Origin: Candidatus Omnitrophota bacterium
GTDB taxonomy: Bacteria > Omnitrophota > Omnitrophia > Omnitrophales > Omnitrophaceae
NCBI GenBank assembly: GCA_029561555.1
Contig: JAKQXH010000080.1
Location: forward strand, 1 to 57,118
DNA: 57,118 nucleotides
Direction of reading: 5' to 3'
Positions 39,101 through 44,563 of this stretch are shown here, piece by piece; position 1 is the first letter of the stretch; the number at the start of each line of letters is the position of its first letter. The notes beneath the pieces are model-generated. The model saw nothing but the letters and a program-made list of their open reading frames with translations, had not been told where the DNA came from and made no database searches. The translations under genes were made by a program, and so were the position numbers.

Positions 39101-42100
39101 CACATCGCGAGTCAATTGTTCAAAACCCGGCTTGGCCAAACTGCTCGTCAATAATGCGCCGACCAACAGATTTAACCCGCTGTTTCCTTTCAAAACGTTT
39201 TTCGGGACTCCTCCGCCGATCGCGTATTGTCTGACGATATTTACCATTTCCGCCGCAACGGCCGTTTCCAAACTCACCTGTCCTTCCGCGCCAAGACTCG
39301 CGGCCTGGGCAGGAGGCTGATAAGTGTCCTCCGGCAGTCCGTCACGGTAATACTCCTGATACGCGTCCCACCCCTTCTCCATCCCGTTCGTCACATACTC
39401 TTCGGGCACAAATCTCCCGTGCAAAGCCGTAATCTCCCCGCTGTAGCCTCCCAACACCGCCGCAAACCTCGCCAGCTCCTTCTTATTATCCCCCATCGCG
39501 TATGACTTCGACTTCGCGTCCGTCCCGGACGGCCGGATCTCCAGCACCTTGTTCGGGAACTTGAAAAACACCCCGTCTCCCACAAAATATATCCCCTCCA
39601 GGTCGCTGAAATCCAACCCCTCGTCCCGGAACGCGTCATTCAATATCTCGATCACCTGCTCCTTCGTGAGCTTCCCGTCCCGGTGCGCCAGCGCCATACT
39701 CAGGAAAAATACGTAATTCTTCGTACGTCTCCCTTCCCCTTCCTTCTTATCCGCCTTCAGCGCGTCAGGATCGGGATTGTTCTGATTGTAATAAACCGTG
39801 TCCTCTCTCACGTCAAACCGCGCCTTGATGTCGTTCGCGTCAAACAGCTCCTGCAGATAATCCGACAGCATCTTCCCCTGCGACTCCAAATGCGCCGCCA
39901 TCGCTGCCTGGATCACCAACGCCTCTCCCGCGCTCTTCTCCCGCATCGCGATCGCCTTACGGCCCCCGACGCTCTCGATCAGCTCCTCGGGACCGATAAT
40001 CATCCCTCCCGACTCTTCTCCCGCGAACAGCATCCTCGGATCCACTCCCAGATTCACCTCTTTCCCGAATACGTCTCTCACGATCACGGGCTCGCCCGGG
40101 TGATCCGCCATCTGCGCCTCAACCTTCTTCATCATCGCCGCGATTTCCTTGAAGCCTACCGGCACGCTCAGCACCTTCACCCCGTTCTTCTCCGCCCATT
40201 CAACCCATGCCGCGGACGACGCCGTCGTCGTGATGATAAATCTCGGATGGTCCCACCACTTCCTCGGCTCCGTGTACCCCAGCGCTTTCTCTTCTTCCGT
40301 CAAGGCCCTCTTCTTATCGCTCTTCGCCGCCTTCAACGCCTCAGCCTGATACACCATCGTCATGAAAAACGACTGGTTCGGCGTGTACAACGCCACAATC
40401 CTCTTCTCATCCAATACCAGATAATCCACTCCCACAGACCTCAAAAACTCTATGCGGTCTGCCGACTCCACCTGCGCCGTCACCAACCGGTCCCCGTCGG
40501 GGTCCGTCATCAATATCGTCGTCCCAACAGGCTTGTCCGCCAGCAGCTTGTCGTAGCCCATTCGCTCCATGACCGGGATCGACTTCACCTCTCCCGTCTT
40601 TTTGTCCCGCTTGATAATCGTCGTATCCTGCGTGTAGTCGTTATACTTCCCGTCTTCCGTCAATTCCTTGCCGATCCCGTGAAAATACGGGTCCTCCTCA
40701 ACGTGCAGCCACTCGAACGAGTCACCGATCCCGAGCCGCTCAAATATCTTCGTCATCGTCCGGTGCATCGACCCTCCGACGCTGTCGATCAGGATCTTCG
40801 AACGCGCGTCACGGATTCGGCCCAGATTCACCTCCGTCGCAACTCCCTTCCTTAAATACTCCACGTACGGAATAATCCCATTCTCAATCGACTTCATGAA
40901 CTCATCGTCAATCAACGCGTCATCCGCAGCCCCGATCTCAAACGTGAACTCCCCTTCGTCGTCCGCTCTCTGAAACGCCTCATGGATCTTCGACACGAAC
41001 TGCACGGACTCCTCAGGCAGATATTGGCTCCCCTGATTGTTGATGTCCTTCGTCGCCGCGAAACTCGACCCCGCGTGTGAACTCGTCGCGTGCTCCGCCC
41101 CAACCAGGTCATACATGAACGCCAAATACGACACCATCCAGATCGGAAGCGGCACCCGCCTCATCACCTTCCCGTGCGCGTCCTCCATCTCCTCGATCCC
41201 GTACGGAACATACGTCCGTATCCCGAGCGCCGCGTTGATACGCGCGATCATGTCCACAAAACGGCCCGTGTTGTATCGGACTTCCCCTCCGGCCATCTTA
41301 CGCAATGCCGCTCCGGGAAACTTCTCATTCACCACCACTCCTTTCGCCCAGGTCGCGAACGCGATTCCGATTTCATTAATACGGTTCCGCGTGTCCCATG
41401 GGTACAGCACGTTCTGCGTCAGCCGGATTCCCGCCGTCGCAACTTTTGCCTCGGCCTCATAATCCTCAAGCCATTTCCACAATCCCAATCCTTCGGGATT
41501 CGTCACAGGATCATAATCGTACAAATGCTCCTTCTTCAACCGGGCCACAATCCGCCCGTCATCCGTAATGTCAAATACGGGGTTCCCGGCCTTGATATGC
41601 GCCGGTGTCTTCTCGTCCACCTGCGCTAAATACACGTCCCGCAAATTGGGCCTGACGGGGCCCAGTACCGGCGCTCCGCCCAGCGATGCGCCTTTTGAAG
41701 GAATAAAAGGATCTACCAATCGAATATCCCTGCGAATGTCTTCGAGAGAACGCGCGCTTGCTCTTGTTGTGCTGAAAATCTGAACGGTACCGGTCCTTAT
41801 CCCTTCAACAATAGCCGGTGCGCCCATCAAGCGCCTAAAAACACTTTGCGCGGACGGCCCATCCCCCGGTAAAAATTGATCGACAAAGAGTTCTTCCCCC
41901 CTGCTGCCCGCCAACAGTTTCGTCAAGCCTTCAAGTTCTTTTCCTTCGATTAACCGAAACCGATCCCGATCTTCTTCTGAAATCGGACCCACTAAAAGCA
42001 ACTTTCCCTCTTCATTTTTATAAACCGCGACCCATCCATTTTGAATGCGCGGAATAACCCGGTTTCGGGCAAGCACCGACGCAATTTCGCTGTCTTTTTT

Positions 42101-44305
42101 GGGAAGAGCTTGATGCACGGCGAGCCTCGGATAAGTCTGTGCGGGATATCGTGAAAAAAACACCTGCAATCCTTCTTCCCGGCTCAAGGGAGAATAATCG
42201 CCGAGAGACGCCGCTTGGGGAAGGTTTTGAATGCCGGCGGGTTGTAAAACGGCCGGCGGCAATGACCCCAAATTCAATCTTCGGAGTTCGTCGTTCGTCG
42301 AAACAGCCTGAACGTCTCCGGCCGGAGAAAGTTTTCTATCGAGAGGCTGAATCAAAACCAGCGGATAATTCCCCCTGACGCGCAAAACATCCGAGGGAAT
42401 CAGCGCAACGGCACGGTTTCCGGTATCTCCGTACGCCGGGATAATCCGTACCCCGTCGTCACGGACCAAAGGATTTTGCTTCAGTTCGTCAAAATAACGG
42501 TTTAAAGCATCGACAAAAGCATTCGGATCGGTTTGCAGGGAAGGGTTTGTGTTGAGCAAATGCTCGGCAAGAGGCGCCACCGCATAAATCAAGGCGCCTA
42601 AAGCGACCTTTTCCTGCCGGATCGGATCGCCCGGGTTCAGCTCCGCATAGACTTTTTGATCCACCGCCTTCAAGGCCGCCACGATTTTGCCTGCCGCAGC
42701 GGATTCGCCGGATTTCGGCGCCGTTTCCCCGAGAAATTCTTCAAGCCGGGTTTTCCCGTTGAGAATTGTTTTATGATAATTTCCCGTTTTGTCTTCCTTT
42801 GATAATTTGGGCTCGATCACCACATGGGCGATATTTTGATCCTCGAGAATTTTCTGAATTCCCTGCGTATGGAACCCGCCCGAAATCAAGACAGCGTTTT
42901 TGAGTTTCTTTTCCCGCGCTTTTCCGAGCAACCGCTCGATAAAGGCGTGTTCGCGCTCCATGGCAAGATCGTAAAATGCCTGCGCGTCCTGAATCGCCCG
43001 ATCGGTTCCGCCGAGGGACTCCTTTTCTTCCGAATCCGAAAGGGTATTCAATGAAGCTATTTTTGCCGCCAAACACGAGGCAGTCAGTTCTTTCTCTCGC
43101 GATTTAAACGAAAGATATTCTTCCCTCGAAACCTCGAGGCGGAGGAATTTCTCAAGAAGCTTCAGATCCCGGCTGATTCCGACGATGGTCCGTTCTTCTT
43201 CCGTCCGGATCAAGAATTCATAGATCCCGGCTTCCAGGGCGGTGATTTCGTCGAAGAAATCTTTCGCGTCGATTTCATCCTGAAGAATGAGATATTTGGC
43301 GAAATTCCCGAATGCCGGATAGGTCTCCGGGGAAATATTCCGTTCGGCGCAGATCCCGTAAAGCGCTTCGAAAAAATATCTCGCCGGAAGCGGCCGGTCC
43401 CAACCGAGGCCTTTCAAATCTTTCAGCGTGGCAAGAACAAATTCCCGTTCGGGGTCTTTTCCCGAAACGCCGTCCTGAATCGCCCGAATCAACGCTTCCT
43501 TTTCTCTCAGGGCCCGATCCGTGTTCTTCTTCAATTCCGGCTCTAACCGCGCGAGAACCGACAAACGGACCAGATTGGGGAATTCACCCTGCTCTTTGGG
43601 GTCCGTAAGGTCCAGCTTCAAAAATCTTTCGGCGGCCTTCCTTAAGTAGCGGCCGTAGTGGAAAAGCGTGTCTTTCCCGTCGCCGAACGCGTTTTTCTTC
43701 GCGTCAAATTTTCTGAGATCGGAGGAAAATTTCTTTGTTTTCAGCGCGATTAAATCTTTTCCGGCTTTCTCGAAAAATGCCCGGTGGGAATTCCATTTCT
43801 CTAAAGTGGCCCGGTAAATCGCAAGGTCTTTGCGGTAACCGTCCTTGTCCTCAAGACCGATCCAGTCAATATCGGCCCGGCCGTTTTCCACCGCAAAAGA
43901 TTCCGCGCCGGTCAATTCCCCGTCTCTGACCAATGAATCAATAACGGCGGCATTGGCCTTTTCCACGGGGAAGAACCGGAAAAGTTCCGGCCGAAGACTG
44001 CCGGACGCCCCTTCGAGACCGATCAAGCGAACCTGATATTTTTCGACCAACTCATTCAAAATGTTTTTAATATGAAGTTGGGCCTCGTAATTGGCGTGCG
44101 CGTCCTGAATATGAATAATCAAAGGAAGCTCGCCCTCGGCGCGGTAGTTGACCGATCCGGCCTCATCGGAAATCCGGATGATCGAATTCCGGTCGACGAG
44201 TTTTTGGAAACGCAAAGGCATTTCCGCCGGATAAGGCGCCGCTCCAAAAACGTTGGTGACCGTAAAGAAAAAAATAACCCCCGAAGAAAGAATTTTCTTA
44301 AACAT
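27161..44305 (-). CDS. Giant (~5714 aa) exported modular multi-enzyme protein
   Basis: Uninterrupted 17.1 kb ORF. GAGGAGG RBS 7 nt before ATG 44305; signal-peptide-like MFKKILSSGVIFFFTVTNVFGA; 14 xxSLG-type linkers; several recognisable enzyme domains. Confidence 0.95.
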   Translation of the reverse strand: MFKKILSSGVIFFFTVTNVFGAAPYPAEMPLRFQKLVDRNSIIRISDEAGSVNYRAEGELPLIIHIQDAHANYEAQLHIKNILNELVEKYQVRLIGLEGASGSLRPELFRFFPVEKANAAVIDSLVRDGELTGAESFAVENGRADIDWIGLEDKDGYRKDLAIYRATLEKWNSHRAFFEKAGKDLIALKTKKFSSDLRKFDAKKNAFGDGKDTLFHYGRYLRKAAERFLKLDLTDPKEQGEFPNLVRLSVLARLEPELKKNTDRALREKEALIRAIQDGVSGKDPEREFVLATLKDLKGLGWDRPLPARYFFEALYGICAERNISPETYPAFGNFAKYLILQDEIDAKDFFDEITALEAGIYEFLIRTEEERTIVGISRDLKLLEKFLRLEVSREEYLSFKSREKELTASCLAAKIASLNTLSDSEEKESLGGTDRAIQDAQAFYDLAMEREHAFIERLLGKAREKKLKNAVLISGGFHTQGIQKILEDQNIAHVVIEPKLSKEDKTGNYHKTILNGKTRLEEFLGETAPKSGESAAAGKIVAALKAVDQKVYAELNPGDPIRQEKVALGALIYAVAPLAEHLLNTNPSLQTDPNAFVDALNRYFDELKQNPLVRDDGVRIIPAYGDTGNRAVALIPSDVLRVRGNYPLVLIQPLDRKLSPAGDVQAVSTNDELRRLNLGSLPPAVLQPAGIQNLPQAASLGDYSPLSREEGLQVFFSRYPAQTYPRLAVHQALPKKDSEIASVLARNRVIPRIQNGWVAVYKNEEGKLLLVGPISEEDRDRFRLIEGKELEGLTKLLAGSRGEELFVDQFLPGDGPSAQSVFRRLMGAPAIVEGIRTGTVQIFSTTRASARSLEDIRRDIRLVDPFIPSKGASLGGAPVLGPVRPNLRDVYLAQVDEKTPAHIKAGNPVFDITDDGRIVARLKKEHLYDYDPVTNPEGLGLWKWLEDYEAEAKVATAGIRLTQNVLYPWDTRNRINEIGIAFATWAKGVVVNEKFPGAALRKMAGGEVRYNTGRFVDMIARINAALGIRTYVPYGIEEMEDAHGKVMRRVPLPIWMVSYLAFMYDLVGAEHATSSHAGSSFAATKDINNQGSQYLPEESVQFVSKIHEAFQRADDEGEFTFEIGAADDALIDDEFMKSIENGIIPYVEYLRKGVATEVNLGRIRDARSKILIDSVGGSMHRTMTKIFERLGIGDSFEWLHVEEDPYFHGIGKELTEDGKYNDYTQDTTIIKRDKKTGEVKSIPVMERMGYDKLLADKPVGTTILMTDPDGDRLVTAQVESADRIEFLRSVGVDYLVLDEKRIVALYTPNQSFFMTMVYQAEALKAAKSDKKRALTEEEKALGYTEPRKWWDHPRFIITTTASSAAWVEWAEKNGVKVLSVPVGFKEIAAMMKKVEAQMADHPGEPVIVRDVFGKEVNLGVDPRMLFAGEESGGMIIGPEELIESVGGRKAIAMREKSAGEALVIQAAMAAHLESQGKMLSDYLQELFDANDIKARFDVREDTVYYNQNNPDPDALKADKKEGEGRRTKNYVFFLSMALAHRDGKLTKEQVIEILNDAFRDEGLDFSDLEGIYFVGDGVFFKFPNKVLEIRPSGTDAKSKSYAMGDNKKELARFAAVLGGYSGEITALHGRFVPEEYVTNGMEKGWDAYQEYYRDGLPEDTYQPPAQAASLGAEGQVSLETAVAAEMVNIVRQYAIGGGVPKNVLKGNSGLNLLVGALLTSSLAKPGFEQLTRDVTDAVMARTDLREKPTAGQIKLLVDQLERNRQRAYALASGAALGEEILTWVETIRATMKGPDFNSDTASQTTDGVLYSVEAFARQGTREDFAAAARALENLRPFLEMSRDAAAVSGGFALIRPDVEKLIALVAAASSLGAEAVKGAMIAEALSTPLDAHGNAETAKRYEKGGYEQDGYGVAEGAAVAGSFAFEGNQGYFTVDAGGKETGRQAFLDTVTGMKQFFARRAERLGKPIRYVIKPGIGGQHTPFQGIADVFQVIDPTTGLIIGEYELGKNYEESIAAALKAIGADWDQIAVIPSSKSGSTDETMMIFTDIFYAILKNISEKQGIAGKQFADTVLATLHEVNFVNGKERPGKDLFKVDEERFGTTSLLALISQKAQARGLSVTPEQVRKIFGIVLGNMFFETTDRPEQSRLSAFIRNSGLDGELGGDAPGFGAMFDNVGGRWTGDLHMMTFLAFHDLDAERYWRVRHENVEQVREGIHAGVRLGNAVLDREVTDIALVVPDEYFWFGKSIEQNFNESIWQEGFANLVAIRQSDWDAQEKHYRGAKNKLVINLSSRMISEADYPTYYFRLPDLQTRDKQALAEAFAELNTIFYGMTATVGNRLIARAIEKAGLRVEDVDVGNLDKDATKILQQNLYVRQPYVELGKGLLEKRLKALQEAAQTDPEAVQNALGEVLSLAQGHHILSNVPEIATLSMPKINAQNASAVLTLLIRTAMDTARASGRKLVPFIYLEGGKFIDLRDALIAMGIEWVMQGTGDQHISYQQVLAQPQKYMPFIISFVSEDPIPGKPAIGFAKGYLDRVSPNLVRDYFAEASYQALTDLRAEQGGQGVFMRLVDNAGNRAMLRDAFRKAAASSLGNVNLKTAAAQEIAKAVKERAASEGLEERMFGRREIGLNFLTGALLTTTIEEMGAEAFQVKVSGAVAERKDLTESVTGEQITGAVKALMSDRRQLREILQAAKTESASSLGARLSWEEAKARLPERVRMTVEAMAQILTSEEATLGEEIAEQRVIISVLERFKTEKGFDGKVVERYLPKLKESFLALNAIFNVFGNPGNEQRNQLINDVIEAFRALYRDILMSMQIAFVRSSEEQRTGKPYQGAEDTPASWDNAVRLVDAGSLGSAATSGLILPANVRKEFPDAKRLIMNPTHEKVYRFNGKGYRATGLLVPKGKGLEYINEEKLLALVLDPRPGFIKIIVEDDNAMTYAAMYVILRLMEMAQREFTFGLATGGTTESLRKVLGLMNLAKEVFNQHPEWGKARGVHTLDDYVWRDPEVLKKLGLDDFWWPAPHPWDREKFDEEAYRLKYELGAYRNEQKYMLLRNALPHWTEEELDRRFVSPPVLFGSYGEAEDRFIRNMSRFALEPETSLVNLRGLGTGRHDGFTESQLRMIALMGEIITDLRKMLDLPDTLTRFDYPASILQADGLQRHSETTQVQNFGHFGGDMKFHKGFLRLMGKLGINFVSDLLNFSMTHRFEDIQNYLERDYRFESEEEFIREFQKLLNYFSAERDPSGIGTPPWSMTQKTGNVIERSMNPDTVNIVMVGDQTHKLESAADSFPGRPNPPFTPSALYLAPRTVLIATELGAKKMDKTGAWFFTSDNPNAALLTGERIEEAWRQTPEGQRIEGSGGVKEAWVRKLAQAASLGGEKGHLQLAGPEAGAEGFLPKPAEELEDLEGLFTQVQEQLAGFVGTERAEAFLRAVEAQNGDAKRIFATRLIRFTNDLDVMGRSKRQDNVIEINWRIFDYPDVEAIELFLANQLLPHHIDRYRLKYTLNQSAQRDITDPAKRQAKESGTVEYVAILRDLVRFRALRTDEQAKITEFLRAKEALIDGRHVYADILIAAAEKGSVYDERKTLAYHYVTDAHVYGAASLPLGMDHKVDADMFAQEVGQYLGGTLFEETRDLAQYFLSQLNAPNLSKDRITEILREAVKVERDGIRIMEPERLPNSADEWVEHLLKEDWGVLFRIIPRQFEELMNLMGQALPLANRFMAGGSSDVFYAYLPILTGEFKILLDRVQQMHQITDPEIVRDMIVFMKKTQEFIEANNINEATVEEFVGKIPAVIREERGLVEETPTEIDERFRKLLGELSGKDTWDRSQLKKMLYEFVQLGRRGDVAQAIDEEVIPLRLQDWVRYIVEKGHIRRLVGYNRKQIDQLVDLTQLTLPMYALANYLMLYWDYWCTEVYFMVQTEYYANPDADCSKADPLTALMQAVFQYDLDDLQKVADWALDFSMGPYGDAFLSARLDRAARALSVLEEGERKDLEGLSETDSGAVARATDMVWRNNEELSGDEDFRGQYPVLAGKLDDFLAAKPKPEIFLGEASSLGTEADQGDELEAALNELGTMLTQLQFPGVGGENQIVGDHIELTAWRVGRQALRVSARVFDPSISLRGVSVALVNGKTGERADVQNMGQFEAATTFAVYFPRAARPVRRQLRLELTSRIGAYRLTVEPAGAEAGADFFVPEILVGQSLGGEAYRFSLRDGKSDLGEDFAGNNWSEKLLSLEGNELKAFSDLLRNAGLESIGWSNAKGSFALPRLIILTEEESVPVCVGIAFFRGDSEYYIVDFSGNGREFYMPYIDRLQVMGRAVHNIPGFKLGTLKSIVTMRSKGGAAFVEVAPAAVAASLGQGSYPKVPSEDLGVEVLLGAVSNTLKDMMRGFGDLSAGKQYVFVLPPQLFVNNRAYGEMEFLIYFNAFVKGSLFNPNVPKPQVVGTKEQLEALREYLSHTLFGPDLSDPAVYPWLSEKDRNFLKAMHNHYAIRSKDGKIIPVEGYLEMIPFEERNDQARVVIPAENQMTAGVINIRRVRAEDGEIAGYKVTQTKDGADKDLGQLPVRYDLPEPKHYPVPAQAAAQIQQMRDGFARTWIGTSTGFDPQGDTTSMILWLEGLGIWVDPSHEGLHYMKELGLGEADVPYVLLTHAHQDHDGGVLKRILMGKRVRLIASRVVYEEFMRKAELLLKFIDKKLDPHALVDWVPLDPGKPLKLKLPSGKEATLRSWWNLHSIPTNGFSIEYDGFRYAHSSDTQWDPAFIDKLVREKKITPNEGRAQKYRFVKKDGTSKFDFIDHEAGGAPIHTTLEMLAQLPDDVRQRMNVYHVPDSKVEEKFGLAKGRMFETTPFISSDTERQQLHEIGVLTSNALMKDKSGDFYDVFQRLARRETVQKGQTLTIQGHRIHVMAFNGFRGLSAEGPEIEGDRGRAYFIVSGVAGVYVDGKKVAELGPSTHFGDWSIVTGEPRTATVVAEEPLEVYSLTPAAYLALFGSPATIERVQWLRENLETLEAWSQNTTKTSQFFQDLSDFALIVLAGEAAERKYKAGETVIREGTTGREFFIVKRGRADVVKGEEEAQHFIASIQPGESFGEIALLRDVERTANVVAGTDLDVLVFTREQLMTLLDHYPLIRMEMERQVDDRILELIRDYVDRPSFKRLVPSVAEFRLLLAHLARKYSGDRMHALLSMMDKTILDLGAGRDAHLVRTLRGLGFSYVRGVDVAVNTVMPYLLQGDMRNLDMIESGTVDVVFITNFLQDDLFYEKYPKDFYERIAREIFRILRPDGRFYLVTGDNADPALEHFRQAGFQVNTLVRGMYELIKPGETVGASLGVTGPSELGKTFSAYEAALKERDALKGTKGVSQDALRQADAKVQTTREAFSGEMQKRGWGALSLPDEEVLRTMRAMEALDKRHDISGQSLGFEAAAQLMGILSAQGRRLFEADGVNRTLTGWIHETGEAGGFFHALYFGAEEVPDAGISDELSGALQMQAESLNPGLGRTAYYREESSEGEFAVLAATAEDISVSALKVQLGVNKLAYAEVVYVGDTGYEKFESDLKRELGDLFGRVELTKVASRDEAVKFLNGLAANPRLRSLGGAGKTVLSQTELAPHITYLASPDIVNGLIASQSVKLATPAEEDLEGISREDFRLYGNTVGFALARLAGDAEKLSKVPGMDQALRKTGRVDLFRFNTDSLAERISQLTGEFQGFLAILRAA
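28331..28800 (-). other. Domain of giant protein: class I SAM-dependent methyltransferase
   Basis: ILDLGAG (motif I), GVDV, QGDMRNL, VDVV, IFRILRPDGRF. Confidence 0.8.
28880..29730 (-). other. Domains of giant protein: two cyclic-nucleotide-binding domains
   Basis: AYFIVSG...HFGDWSIVTGEPRTATVVA and FFIVKRG...SFGEIALLRDVERTANVVA phosphate-binding cassettes. Confidence 0.9.
29770..31222 (-). other. Domain of giant protein: metallo-beta-lactamase-fold hydrolase (RNase Z / cNMP phosphodiesterase-like)
   Basis: WIGTSTGFD, IWVDP, LLTHAHQDHDGG (HxHxDH), LHSIPT, SSDT, HEA, IHTT, VYH. Confidence 0.85.
34178..35731 (-). other. Module of giant protein: glucosamine-6-phosphate deaminase (NagB)-like
   Basis: FGLATGGT (cf. 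GLATGST), TLDDY (cf. NLDEY), GLGTGRHDGFTE (cf. GIGxxGHIxFNE), IVMVGD. Confidence 0.65.
36536..38686 (-). other. Module of giant protein: glucose-6-phosphate isomerase-like (SIS fold)
   Basis: GIGGQ, SSKSGSTDET, ETTD, NVGGRWT, NES, GTGDQH, QPYVELGK. Confidence 0.8.
39305..41677 (-). other. Module of giant protein: alpha-D-phosphohexomutase (PGM/PMM)
   Basis: TAGIR, TSSH phosphoserine loop, DPDGDR metal loop, GEESGG sugar loop, IRPSGT phosphate loop. Confidence 0.9.
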
Positions 44306-44352
44306 GCAAAGCTTCCTCCTCATAATTTGATCTGAAAATTAGATGTGCTTAA

Positions 44353-44381
44353 AATATAACACCCAATTCCGTTGCAGTCAA
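44353..44381 (-). promoter_or_regulatory. Sigma70 promoter of the giant gene
   Basis: Minus strand TTGACT-17 nt-TATATT with extended TG, in an AT-rich intergenic island, about 48 nt upstream of the ATG. Confidence 0.75.
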
Positions 44382-44563
44382 ATCAAAGTGTTGAAAACTT
44401 TGCAACATATTTATAGTAAATGAGTTACATTAATCAAATAAATTTAATAAGTCGGTTTTTCGCAGATTGTTTTTAAAGATAAGAAAAAATGTTTTTAGCG
44501 CTCAAAAGACCTTGCTTTTGGGCGGGAAGCCGAAAAAAGGCAAAGAATTGTTCCGGAATGCCG

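Noticed and set aside
39683-40855. 390-aa plus-strand ORF (also 41090-41629 and 28406-30157) antisense to the giant gene
   Set aside because: No recognisable motifs. These are explained by the sense-strand codon bias that avoids TTA/CTA/TCA. The sense frame has clear enzyme motifs.
28046-42214. Linkers as DNA recombination (att-like) sites
   Set aside because: The underlying nucleotide sequences differ at synonymous positions, including both Ser codon families. There is no shared DNA core or flanking inverted repeat, and no integrase nearby.
43011-43025. KESLG as a fifteenth linker motif
   Set aside because: It has charged residues instead of small ones and lies inside the continuous N-terminal domain, not at a module border.
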